From: Curvularia clavata
Lineage: Eukaryota
NCBI GenBank assembly: GCA_023920165.1
Contig: CP089274.1
Span: forward strand, 3,596,001 to 3,660,000
Direction: 5' to 3'
Length of the DNA: 64,000 nt
Below, in pieces: positions 47,501 to 60,024 of this stretch. The translations under genes and the position numbers were made by a program. The notes under the pieces were generated by a model, which worked only from the letters and a program-made list of their open reading frames with translations, had not been told where the DNA came from and made no database searches. Each line of letters opens with the position of its first letter. The first letter of the stretch is position 1.

Positions 47501-50500
47501 CCGAATGGCCCAACTATTGCGATCAGCTCCTCATTGTTCCCGGTCTCCAAGGCACAGAGATCTATGCCAAGGCTGAGGAGGTAGTCGGTCAGCAAGTTGG
47601 TGAAGTCAACGGCGAGGGCCACAACGGCATGGGTATGACTAATGGCAACGGTGTCGATGAGAACTCTCACCAAGAGCCGGCTGTGCCCAAGTTCAGCTGT
47701 CTCTACGTCGATCCTCCGCTCCGCCCTGAACTGTACGAGGATCCAGATGAGGAGGTTCAAGACAAGGTTTTGTTCGTATTGAACAATGTGTCCGAGCGCA
47801 ATCTGCGCGACAAGATCAACGACCTGACCGAAGCTGTCGAGGAGAGACACCATCAATGGTTCGCCAACTACCTTGTCGAAGAGCGTGCCAAGATGCAGCC
47901 CAACTTCCAACAGCTGTACCTTGATATGCTTGACCTGTTCAACGACAAGATGCTCTGGGCTGAGGTTCTCCGCGAGACATATGCAAGTGTCGTCCGCATG
48001 CTCAACACCGACTCTACACTGGGGTCTACCGAACGTGGCCACTTGAAGAACCTAGGCTCATGGCTTGGATCCTTGACCATCGCTCGTGACCAGCCAATCA
48101 AATTCCGGAACATTTCATTCAAGGACCTGTTGCACGAGGGCTACGACTCAGACCGCCTCTTGCTGGTGATTCCATTCACGTGCAAAGTCCTAGTGCAAGC
48201 CGCGAAGTCGACGATATTCAAGCCTCCCAATCCATGGTTGATGGAGATGCTAGGTGTTCTTATGGAATTGTATCACTTTGCTGATCTGAAGCTCAACCAA
48301 AAGTTCGAGATCGAAGTCCTCTGCAAGGGCTTGGAGCTCGACCACAAGGATATTGAGCCGACCAACAGCATCCGAGGACGACCACCAGTTGATGAGGAAT
48401 ACCTTGGGTCCATGGTAGCAGATGGCATGGAACCTTTTGGTGACCTCTCCATCATGAGTCTGAACCGTGGTGCCCGAGGTCCTAACGAGCGCTTTTCTTC
48501 TGCAGCTATGACTGCCGCCCTGCCCGACTTCACCAACCAGCTTCAATACCCACCTTCTGGAAACAGTGTGGTTCCTCCGGCAACACTTAAGAAAATATTC
48601 CTTACTGCAGTCAATCAGGCTATTCAGGAAATCATCGCCCCTGTGGTGGAACGCTCCGTCACCATTGCAGCCATCTCGACATCGCAGTTGATCAACAAAG
48701 ATTTCGCTATGGAACCCGACGAGGAAAAGCTTCGCAGCGCAGCACACACTGTGGTCAAGGCTCTTTCCGGCTCTCTAGCTCTTGTTACCTGCAAAGAGCC
48801 TCTGCGTATGAGCATCCAGAACAACATCCGCCTCACGGCCAGAGATCTCCCTGAGCAGGGATTGCCTGAGGGACATATCATCATGTTTGTCAATGATAAC
48901 CTTGACCTGGTCTGCAACACTGTTGAACAGGCGGCTGAAATGTCATCTCTCGCCGAGATCGACATGCAAATCGAGGAAGCTGTCCGTATACGCCGCATGT
49001 TCCGTAGCTCTCGTCCGAACGAGCCCTTCAAGGATGCAAACATCAGTCCATGGGCGTTCTATATTCCTGAGCCTTACAGGCAAATGCCAGGTGGGCTGAA
49101 CAGGGAGCAGTTGGCCATTTATGAGGACTTTGGCAGACAGTCGCGGGGCGCCCCGCACGTTAACAACACGTCTCAAGATGGCGGGCGACAGCTTCCAGAT
49201 GTCCTTCAGGACCAGTTCGCGGCAGTGCCCAACCTCCCAACTCCGGGTGCTGCACCGGCCGAGCCACGACAACCAGCGCAGCAACAACCTAGACTGCAGA
49301 ATCTTCAAACACCCCATGCAGCCCCGACTCAGCAACAGCCTAACGGCTACATGGACGCTCCTGGTCTCGAACGGGGACAGCGTGGCGTAGAGGATCTGCT
49401 CATTGAGTTGACCCGCGTCATCAAGGAGGCACCAGAGGAACGTATAACAGACCTCCAGCCTGGCACCAGCAATGTCCACCAGGTTTTCGATCAGCTCATC
49501 TCAAGCATCGAGTTCGCTGGTCCTAACAAAGAGACATGGGCATTCCGTATCGCTGGTCAAGTCACAAACCACCTCTTTTCGGATTCGTTGAGCCGCTTAG
49601 AGGTCGAGGTCATGGCTCACCTCCTGAGCCATCTATGTCAATTGTCTGTCCAGACCTCACGACAAGTACTGATGTGGCTGGCTACTCTTCACGATGACGA
49701 CCGTATCTTCAAGGCTACAGTCATGGTAGCTCTCATGGAAGTCAACCTGATGGATATGCACCGCCTGAACACGACCATTGCCAAGGCCATCCAAGAAAGG
49801 CGTGTCGCTGCAGTAGAGATGCTGTCAAGCCTGATGGATGAGCTTTTGCTCAATGAGCACCCAAGCGCTTTCCGTGCTGACTTTGCCATGTCTATTGATG
49901 CTCTCACTACTTGGTTGGCAGAGGACTCTAGCTTCGAACTCGGAAAGCGTGTCATTGCCAACCTGCAGGCGGTACCCAACGAGCAGTCACCGACCCCACC
50001 AGCATCAGGCCATAAAGATCAGCTGGAGTATGTCTTCGACGAGTGGGTGCATCTCCAGATGGAAAACATGCCAAAGAAAACTGTTGGTGCTTTCATCTAC
50101 CAGCTCCACCAGCAGAAAGTGTTGGAGACTCAGGAATCTTCAGTTGCATTCATTCGCACCTGCATCGATGCTTCTGTCATCGCGTATGAACAGGAGCACT
50201 CGGCCCCGTATGGTAGTGGTAACGAAGACATTGCGACTGTCAAAATCGATGCCCTCGGCCGACTCATTGTCGACCTTCTCATCTACCAAGGTGAGCAGGA
50301 GGGTGCTACCAAAAAGAACAAGGCAAGATACTTGGATCAGATGCTCGTCGTTGTGGTGCTCGTCCTCTGTAACCACCACAACACCCGAGAAGACGCCTTT
50401 AACCAGAAAGTGTTCTTCAGACTGTTCTCGACAATCCTTTTCCATCTCAACGACGCCGTGAAGGAAGAGTCGCTGGCAGAACAAAAGGCCGATATCTTCC

Positions 50501-51646
50501 TTGCCGTCGCTAAAGCTCTTTTGATCGTTCAACCCTCCAACATTCAACGTTTTGCCTTCTCGTGGCTTGCATTGGTGGCACATCGTATCTTTGTGCCTGC
50601 CATGTTGGAAGATGGTCAAGAGGACAAACGTTGGGATATTTACGCCCAGCTGATCGAGACGCTTTTGATCTTTACTGGAAAGCTCATCAAGCCTACTGGA
50701 GAAACTATCATGACTCAACAGTTCTACCGTGGTGTTCTGCGAGTCTTGTTGGTCATCCACCATGATTTCCCCGAGTTTTTGGTCGAGAACCATTTCAGAT
50801 TCTGCAACAGCATTCCAATGCACTGCACACAGCTCCGGAATCTGATTGTCAGCGCGTATCCCTCTACTATCCTCGAGATGCCAGATCCTTTTACCGCAGG
50901 GTTGAAGGCAGACCGCCTTGAGCACGACCTTCAGGCTCCCGTCATCCGCACCGATATTGCGCAAATACTTTCAGATGCAGGCATCAAGGGTGCCATTGAC
51001 AGCCTTCTGAAGAGCTCCGAGCTAAAGAGCCAGGACGTCGACAAGGTTTGCCGCGCGGTTTACTACGCGGAGCCCAAGCCTGCAGCTTTCGAGCTCGTCC
51101 AGACGACAGCCAACCCAACGCTGATACATGCGATCACACTCTATGTTGGCATTTCAACCCTCGGTACTGGAACAGCCACTGCGCCCATATTCGACGCAGA
51201 GAGTCCCGCTACCAAAGTTATCGAGAAGCTTGCTAAGGAGTTCCACCCCGAAGCCAGGTTCCACTTCATCAGCTCCATTGCGAACCAGCTGCGTTTCCCA
51301 AACACGCATACTCATTTTTATAGCTACGCGCTTCTGCATCTCTTCGGACCTCCAAATGACGATTCGCTGGCGTTGGAGATTCAAGAGATTATTACCCGTG
51401 TGTTGTTGGAGCGTCTGTTGGTTCACCGTCCTCATCCCTGGGGTCTCATCATCACACTGCTGGAAATCTTGAAGAACCGCACATATGCATTCTGGGAACT
51501 GCCATTCGTGAAGGCAGCGCCTGAGGTACGTAGGCTCGTTACAGCTTGTCTATCAAATCATACTAACTTCTTGTCCGTTGAAGGTTGAACGGCTTCTCAA
51601 TGCTCTCTTCACACACGCTCAACAGAGCCCACGTCCAATAGCTTAG
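44585..51646 (+). CDS. NOT1: CCR4-NOT scaffold Not1, 4 exons
   Basis: LFACMIHGLFDEY, ERAKMQPNFQQLY, HDFPEFL, QLRNLI, IANQLRFPNTHT and LLERLLVHRPHPWGL. Introns 45185-45246, 45563-45619 and 51526-51583. Confidence 0.97.
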
Positions 51647-52712
51647 TCGGCTAGTGGTCGAAAGTCGACGTTCACTCCAAGAGTGCATTTAAGAGGCACA
51701 AACAATCTTCCGCCATTGCATTTACCAGCGCACTCTGGTCACCGACAATATTTGGATCATGTTTCAGCACCAGTCTTCATTTCTCTATCCTCATAATATA
51801 TTTCCTACCTAACCATGTGGCATTTCTCGGCTGCTTACGGGATCACGACTCCATTGGGCTGGCTGGCAAACAATGGGTAATAACGATTCCACCAACACGG
51901 ATACGGAGATGACCATGTGGAAGGATGACGTTCGGGGTTTCCGCTATCATTTTTCTGTCTTGGTCATGGTACAAAAAAGCACGGAGTTCTTCGGGGTCGA
52001 GTCGGGTGTTTGTGTTCGTCGCGGAGATGCTTTAGTAGTCATGTCTTCTGCGCATTCTTGTAGAATAGCATTTGCTCGGCGAAACTTTCAACGGAGGGGA
52101 TATACTGGGTGGAGGCGAAAATGCGCATGCAGTCAAATGCACGTACTGTAGGATATCATCATGAACGGTGTTTATGCTTTTCTAGTGTCAAGTTTTGTCA
52201 TGAGGCGCGTGATGCCATGATTTGGAAACATTTAGGGGCTTGCAGCTAAGCGGCCCATGGTTCTAGATAACGTACTTGAAGACCAGCTAAGGACCCCTCA
52301 ATACTTTAACTCTCACTAATACTCGTACCGATAAGCCTATCGAGAAGGCAACCAGAGGTGGATTGGCGATAGCACAGAACACCTTACAGTTGCGATTACA
52401 AGAAACGAATATAAACAAAACAGAACTTATAGCATTCAAGCCACAGTCTCTATTAAAAGTATCTTGGATACTGAAAAAAGAAAACATTCCCCTCACACTA
52501 TCCCTGACGATCACGATTGTGTCTCAGTTCGACTCGCTTTCAGAAAACCTTTTTTTTGGAAACACCTTGAGCGATAGATGCATTTTCTCTCCCATAACTC
52601 CGTGATTAATGCATTATAATCGTTCTAACTCAACTTTTCTTATCTCTTCTTCTTCTTCTGCCGTCTCCGAGCCGTCCCGCAAACCAACCCCACATCAGGC
52701 TGACTACTATTA

Positions 52713-52991
52713 CTACCCCAAGTTCCTAGCATAATATCTCGGTCTGGGTGTCCTTCGTGGTCTTTGTGGCGGCTGCTGCTCGACGAGCGAGCTATCGTCA
52801 CGTTGTATCCTGAGCATCTCGCGCACTTTGCCGTCGAACGTGACGATGATTTGGAACGGAACTTGCGGCTCGTTGGGTGACGAGGGCGAGTTGAAGTACG
52901 AGCTTCCGGTCGAGGACGCGGGTGAGATGGGTGTGCTGGGTGTTGAGCACCGAGACGAAGGGGACTGTGTGGCGTCTGGGAGGGCGTCCAT
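52713..52991 (-). CDS. Small Ser/Pro-rich hypothetical protein (92 aa)
   Basis: CCCACCATGG start context, coding-like codon usage and a short ordered segment VPFQIIVTFDGKVREMLRI. Confidence 0.55.
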   Translation of the reverse strand: MDALPDATQSPSSRCSTPSTPISPASSTGSSYFNSPSSPNEPQVPFQIIVTFDGKVREMLRIQRDDSSLVEQQPPQRPRRTPRPRYYARNLG

Positions 52992-55180
52992 GGTGGGTTG
53001 TTTTGTATGCTGATCGGGGTCCTTGAATGTATGGGGGTGGGAGTGGCCCGGGCCGAGAGAATGATTACAGCGAGTGGGTAAGATACGAGAAACTCGGTAG
53101 TGACGGTGAATAGATGTAGTAAATGATGGGCCGTGCCAAAAGATGTAGATACACACTCTTTCTACTAGAGGTTCAAAAACAGTTAGCACAGAGGAAGTTC
53201 TAGATTTGATGTCTTGGGGTTCGGTCCGCCCGGTTCTCGCTGGCTATATTGCGTTTAACGTTCGGCCGAATGCGGAGTGTTGGCGTTTGGCGTATGTTTG
53301 CACTAGAGAACAAAAACCAAGTCGTTAGGGGATTGGATGTGCTTACCCAAAAAGGACGCGTGCGACTCGAACCAGTATACGCCGGCTCTACCGGAATAGG
53401 TATCAAGTGTTACGTAGCAAAGTGACGACGCAGCATTGTTTTCCTTTATCAGCAGGTTACGTACCTTTATCTAATGTTCAAGAAGCAAGAAAGAAAAAAA
53501 GTATCAATCCTTTTCTTCCCCCCACTCGCACACCGAAGATGTCGCGGAAAAGATGTGTGGTGTATGATGTTTCTTTTATCGTTCGATCGGAAGCCTTTGT
53601 CGTTTCTTGATGCCTCGAAAAAACAAACTCAAGTATTGAGAGGCTGTGGATACAGGGCAGAACATGATCATAGCAGCCCCCTTCTTTCCCCCTATTCTAT
53701 GTATTGTAGAATCTTTCGCAATCGATCGCCCTTGTCCAAAGCTGACGCGGATTTTTGCTCTCTACGAACATCTCACATCGTCATCTCGGATAACCCCCAC
53801 CGGGTGGGACCGTCGTTGGTGGTTAGGCCAGCCGGGGCCTTCCGCTGCGCCACATGTGCATTGCGTTGTCCCAGCTTGCTCTCTCATAGGCCTGAATCAG
53901 TGACTATTAGCTAAACACCTGAGTATTCAATAGCAAAAGAACCGAAAAAGGTGTTGCATGTACTGTCATAGAAATGCTAAATGCGGTGTGAGAGAAGAAC
54001 ATCTCAGCTATGTTTTGGCACCCCGGCTTGGCTGTTTGTAAACACAAACACAAACATTGGGGTTTGGGAAAGGCGTTTTTTTCGGGGGGTCAAGAAGATT
54101 TCATTGCCACTCTTGGGCTGTGCGGAATGGAATGTGCGTGTTCGGAGCGGGGCCAAGATGAACCACTACCATGCACACCCCCTGTACATTTGAGGGATGA
54201 AACAGACTTATTGTACGCTGGGCCAGGTTGCGGACTTTGAGTGGTTTCTGCTTTATTGTCGCGAAGGTAACAGACTTTGACTCCTGTGTTGATGCGTTCG
54301 CACGAGAAGGCGTTGTCACATGATGTCCTTGATATTCTCTATGGTCTTCTTATACTTCACTCGTCCCGACATGACGATCCATTCTTTATTCACGGACCGG
54401 TTGCAATGGTCATTTTGTCGCAACTCTACCCCGATTACTCTCACGCTAGAAATCGTCACGCCCTGCTAGCATGAGCCTCTGTTAGATCGCTCGCCCAAAG
54501 GTTGCCTGACGGTTAAGTAATAGGCTATTGGCTCGCTGTCGTTGTTAGGCACACCATCAAGCCTCCCAAGGCGCAGTACAACCCATCATCGCCACCGACT
54601 CGTCCACGCTAGGTGTACTACACACCTTACTCGCCAGTACGGAGTACCTTCATCTTGAGATTGTCTCTTCACAGCCTTGTGCTGGTAGCCTCGTATTAAC
54701 CGTATGGCTGTAGTAGTGCATCGCTAAGGTTGCCCTGCATGTTGACCCGCCATTCAGAGCAACAAGCTTGATCCAACCGGACATTCGGCTTCGCATATGA
54801 CGCTTAGAACCAGATTTTATCGCATTCAGGGCAACCGTGGATGAATATCAGAAGCAGGCTAGTTGGCCAAGGCTGAACTTGTCTTGACCGGCTACTCGTC
54901 TCGAGTGAAGTAGGATTCATGACGTTTGATGCTGTTATGCATGATGTTGGTGGAATGGCTGTGATTAAAGGCTGTGTGGTTAAATATACAAGGGCGATAC
55001 TCCTCGGGGTGCCTTGGGTGCCTTGAACTTGACTTGTCACACAGATTCGATTGTAGCTCGTTGATCGTTCCAGCGTCGCGCATTGCGCAACACATTTCTC
55101 ATATCTACGAAGTCCAAAACATCGTGTAAGAACCGCGGATAACGTAAGGGATCAACGACTATTCAAGCGGACCCACGAAG

Positions 55181-55692
55181 ATGGAAAGAAGGAGCATGCA
55201 AGAGCGACGATTAGAACCCCATTGTCACCACCAAGGTACGCGTTGCCCACGATCCCCGCGACCCTCACCTTCTAAGTCCTCCTAGGAAGACATTCCATCG
55301 GCGATTTTGCCAAAGGCCTCAATCAACAACTCGGACGCCACACATCCTCGAGACGAAAGAGTGCAGAACCACACCAACCTCTACCAAACCAATCACGCGC
55401 CCTATCACCATTAGAGATCGAGCAGCTGCCCCAACAAGCCTTTGTTTCTGCGTATCTCAGATCCTCATACCATGGAGAAAACGTAGATCACCAAGGGAGA
55501 CTTTCCTCGTCACCTGAATCCTACTACACGCCTTCGTCATCGCAGCATCACCCGCCAAGCGAGATCAGGAGAATAAGTGGCAATTTCAACGCACCGACCG
55601 AAATTGAGGTCGAGCGGCAAAGGAGCCAAAGTAGAAGGTCACGGGGTATGGGGAAGATCAAGGATGCGGTCAAGGATCTGATCCGGGTGTAG
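55181..55692 (+). CDS. Hypothetical 153-aa protein, 2 exons (55181-55235, 55286-55692), absent from the ORF track
   Basis: Intron 55236-55285 (GTACGC...CCTAG) joins the ATG exon to a 407-nt stop-free exon. Confidence 0.6.
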
Positions 55693-56508
55693 GATTGGGA
55701 TTGTTGGCGTTCGGTGGTTGTTTACTCCCACCTGCTCTTACTTCTGCACACCATGTCATCTTGAAATCGTCATGGCGCACACGACCTCGAGTCACATTCC
55801 GCGCACTATGGGCGTCGAGGACTTTTTAGATACCCAGCTTTGCCTCATAGCTATCTGTTTCAGCTTACGATCCACATGGTCGCTTTTCCAAGTCTTTGTT
55901 GTGCGACACGGCTCGGGTGATCGTGATATGTGACATCATCAGCCCCATTCATCACCCACGCCACACCTCCCTCGCTTCGATACGCCTCCGCAACAACCCA
56001 TGCATTCTAGCGTCACCTCGCCAACGACTCCACAATTTGTTGAATGCTCCGTTGCTGTTTGCAACCCTTTCCCGCGGACCACAAGCCTGCTCTCCGCTGA
56101 GACAATCAAGTCCTAGGCTGGTCTTTCAAGCGCTGCACCGATCACACCCTGATTGGTTACCTATCATTGCCTCTTGTGGAACTCCATAGGCCAAGCATAG
56201 CTGGCTTTTTGCGATACAGGAATGACGTCGAGGGGTGTGGTATGACTAGCAGGCCTGCTCCGCGTCTGTGCCATCCATATCGTATTTGCTGGATGGGTAT
56301 GTAGGCAACCGTTTAAAGTGTCTGCGATGGGCATCGCAAAATTGCATTCCTTAGGCGCATCGGTAATGAATTCTTGTGCGCAGCCCTGATAAACAGGCTG
56401 TATATTTCTTTGACGAACTCTACTTGTTTTGACATACTCTATTTACGACCTTTACCATCCACACATTACCAAACTACCGCGCCACATTCCGTTTCGTCTC
56501 AACTACTG

Positions 56509-56964
56509 ATGGACCACTACCCTACAGTCCGAGTCAACGAACGCGAAACTCCCAACTCAAGAATATCATCACGTCACGACTCTGTATCCTCCATCGGCAA
56601 AGGCACCACTGTGACTCGGGGCTCTCCAACCAAACGCACAATGGACTCTACCGAGCAACAATCATATTCTTATCACTCTTTTCCCTCACCATCGACACAC
56701 TCGCCGGATTCCTCATCATCACGCTCCAACTCCACCACCTCAAACGACTCCAACTTTCGGCGCATCGAAGAGCAGTATTCGCGGTATACGAATGCGCCGC
56801 CCCCGTACAGCGAAAAGCAGTACGAGGGGAAGACAGACGATGAGAAGACGAGCATGCGCATGAAGGATTATACAAAGGAGCTATCGAGGATCATGACGCG
56901 GCAGTTGGTAAGGGGGATAAAGATTAGTGAGAGGGAGAAGGCGAAGACACAGGCGAACAAGTGA
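56509..56964 (+). CDS. Ser-rich hypothetical protein with a PPPY motif (151 aa)
   Basis: ATG at 56509, APPPYSE and a C-terminal helix DYTKELSRIMTRQLVRGI. Confidence 0.7.
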   Translation: MDHYPTVRVNERETPNSRISSRHDSVSSIGKGTTVTRGSPTKRTMDSTEQQSYSYHSFPSPSTHSPDSSSSRSNSTTSNDSNFRRIEEQYSRYTNAPPPYSEKQYEGKTDDEKTSMRMKDYTKELSRIMTRQLVRGIKISEREKAKTQANK

Positions 56965-57669
56965 GATGCTGCGATATTGGCAGTGGAGAAGGCGATTACT
57001 TTCAGCATAGGCTGGTCCTGATATGGGTTTTTTAACGACTGGCGATGCATTTATAGGTAGTTGTTCCGTGATCAGGAATCGAAATGAGGGTTTTTTCTTT
57101 CTGCCACGATAATGTTTCAGAAGATATGAGAATGTGTCCGCTGTTGTTCCGGTCTGTTCTTTTTTGATTCTTCAGTATTATGGTAAGTGATTTTTTTTTC
57201 ATCCAAGTGTATCTGCTCTGCGAGTTTTAATGAAAGTAGCAAGTACTGGTTTTGCATAGTAAATACTTGGACAGTTCTGCTTTTGTTTCCTTGGGGAAAG
57301 AGTATGGACGGCAACAACTAGTCTACTGTGCACTCTGCTGCCTCTCGCAAACGATATTATATTACACAAAAGATTCGTGGAACCTGAGTATGTCTATGAG
57401 TAAAGCTTATAGATACACCGGTACCAATCATGATAGAGTAAAATACCAAAACAGGGCTTACTCAGCGTTACCGGAGATAACTAGTTGGCGGAGATACTAG
57501 ACCTCCAGCTTTCCCTCCGCATACGACGCCATGACGTGACAGCCACTCTCTACGACGCCGCGTAGTAGCAATAAATATTTGACCCATCATGTCCGCAAAA
57601 GGCGTTTCTTGCAGTTGGTTCTAGGCCAAGCCGCTCGTTACACAGCCACGCCATTGCACCCTAGCCGAC

Positions 57670-58887
57670 ATGGGATCCCTCAACAAGCCAGAGCGTACGC
57701 GCAGACCGAGACGCAACCAAGCCTTCCATCCTGCGCACATGCCTGTAAGGCACAATTCAGGGCTGCAGACTGTGCCCAGTCATGTTACTGGCCCGTTTCC
57801 TTTCCTGAATCCCACACGAGCGCATTATCATGTTGAGACACATCCTGGTGTCCGATTCAAATGGACTTCACGGAACGACCGCAAGGGCCGACACGCAATA
57901 GCTGTTGACCGAAGCCATGACACCACCACGACTAAGCATGCTATACCGCCGCCAACCTCTTCTCCTCGCACGATTGCTCGCAATGTGTGGAAGATGCTCA
58001 CGTACTACCCAGTATGGGACGTATCTTTCGATGTTGCATTTACCTTTACCATCGGCAGTGTCCTCTGGATTTTCAACGCTTTCTTTGTATTCCTGCCCTT
58101 GGTCCAGCCAGACACAGAGTTCAAGAATGAAGTGCTGTATGGCGGAGGCATAACCGCCTTCATAGGAGCAACAGTGTTTGAAATTGGATCAGTCTTGTTG
58201 CTAGCAGAGGCTGTAAATGAGGGGAGGTCGGGCTGCTTCGGATGGGCTGTAGAACAAGCCTTGTCGCATGAAGAAGCTGAGGGTATTGTGGTATTGCGGC
58301 CATCGAAATCTCATTGTGTCCATTCTCACAACAAACCACAATCTCGCAGAAGAGATCACGCGAACGAAGCGAAGCACGAGCTGCAATCAGACCGGCGCAA
58401 GTGGGTTTGGTGGCCGTCGAATGAAGAGCTGCGGACTCATTACATTCACAACTTGGGCTTTCTAGCATCACTCGCCCAGTTCCTCGGCGCGACTATCTTT
58501 TGGGTAGCTGGCTTTACAGCCTTGCCTGGTATCTACAACCACATGTCGCAGCCCATTACCATCGTCTTTTATTGGACACCGCAGGTTGTAGGTGGCCTAG
58601 GTTTCATAATTTCCGGCTTCCTCTTCATGATCGAGACACAATCGAAATGGTGGAAGCCAGCGCCTCGGACACTTGGTTGGTGGATAGGAGCTTTGAATCT
58701 GATTGGCGGCGTGGGATTCACACTATGTCCGGCTTTTGGGTATGACAGCAGTAGCTGGGCGCAGTACCAGGCCTGTCTCAGTACTTTTTGGGGCAGTTGG
58801 GCGTTCCTGATCGGTAGTACACTGCAGTGGTATGAGAGTCTTGAGAAGTTTCCGGTGGAGGTTGATAGGTCTTCGAGAAAGAGATGA
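57670..58887 (+). CDS. Multi-pass integral membrane protein of unknown function
   Basis: 405 aa with about 6 hydrophobic segments (FTIGSVLWIFNAFF, AFIGATVFEIGS, QFLGATIFW, WIGALNLIGGVGF, FWGSWAFLIGS). Confidence 0.85.
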   Translation: MGSLNKPERTRRPRRNQAFHPAHMPVRHNSGLQTVPSHVTGPFPFLNPTRAHYHVETHPGVRFKWTSRNDRKGRHAIAVDRSHDTTTTKHAIPPPTSSPRTIARNVWKMLTYYPVWDVSFDVAFTFTIGSVLWIFNAFFVFLPLVQPDTEFKNEVLYGGGITAFIGATVFEIGSVLLLAEAVNEGRSGCFGWAVEQALSHEEAEGIVVLRPSKSHCVHSHNKPQSRRRDHANEAKHELQSDRRKWVWWPSNEELRTHYIHNLGFLASLAQFLGATIFWVAGFTALPGIYNHMSQPITIVFYWTPQVVGGLGFIISGFLFMIETQSKWWKPAPRTLGWWIGALNLIGGVGFTLCPAFGYDSSSWAQYQACLSTFWGSWAFLIGSTLQWYESLEKFPVEVDRSSRKR

Positions 58888-60024
58888 CTGTATACATGTG
58901 CAAGAGCTAGTATGGTGGTAAAGCCCCTATCGTCAGTGCTTGGAAACTGATGTCATACACGATCTTTGAAATTGACTTTTCGTTGCATCTCGGTCAATTT
59001 GCGCCTTCTACGTCCTATATCGAATCTCTTGCAAGTCCGAATTCCTGAATCATAGTTCCAACCCTGGGTCATGTGATCGTCTCCCACTTGCCGCTCAAAT
59101 GCTTCGTTAATTTGCGTTCGGTGATCTTCACTTCTGTCAATTGCGTTACTACACTGAATGGGAGCGCGTCACTCTATGCAAATAATTACAAAGAAACTGC
59201 AAAAGTAACGGCTATCAGGTGTCTAAAGACGTTGCGACACGATCCGGGTTTCAGTATGACTAAGTCTCGTGAACGTACCCTGAAACGATCCGTCATGTTT
59301 GACTGTGTACACAATGACGACATTGTGGCTTTGGGTAGATTTACTGTACCTACAAGCAATACTAGTTGGGTCCTCCTAGTGGGTCTCATTTCGTAGGAAT
59401 CGCTCTCTTCGCACATGTCGTCGTATGTTGACATTCCTAGATCTTACTTGTCTGTCATAGAAATCAGATTCTTCTGGGAAGAAATGTACAACCATTGTGA
59501 GTAGAATCTGCGTATGCTCAAAGTAGAAGGAAAGAAAGAGCCCCACTGGTTTCATGCAATCGCTCTCGCGTTCTCCGTCAGTAACACAGGGGTCCTACAT
59601 ATAATACCACCTGCTCTAGTTCCATCTGCTCAACGACTTCCTCTGCTAGCGATAGATACTTCCACTTCCATCTCTCATGGCACCTCCCAGATCGTGCAGC
59701 ATTGGCTGCTGCCAGTGCGATTCGCTTCCTTTCTCCCATCGGACCCAGGATACATTCCCGTTTTATTCGAACTGTGTACCATCTGGCTTTACTTCGTATT
59801 GTATCCATCGTTGCTCAAGACCTACATTGATACCAACGCTTAGTATTCATACGCCTATACTATCGTGTCAAACGAATCAAACCGTCGTCAGCATCACGCT
59901 CACCGTTGCCATCCACCTGGGGTGTTCATTCACTGGAGCGGGCGTTTGCATCCCCTCGCTTGGGTGGAAAATATTTTTGTTTGTCATACAGGCAGCAACC
60001 TGCCTGTCTTCGTACATTAGCCAA

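Noticed and set aside
45656..51472. Many antisense and alternative-frame ORFs inside NOT1 (likewise RAD26)
   Set aside because: Expected shadow ORFs from codon bias.
52260..52620. AT-rich stretch as a possible solo LTR or TE relic
   Set aside because: No terminal repeats, target-site duplication or transposase motif could be identified.
59677..60024. Upstream extension of the BTB-like ORF
   Set aside because: The translation looks non-coding, and better starts lie at 60025/60094.
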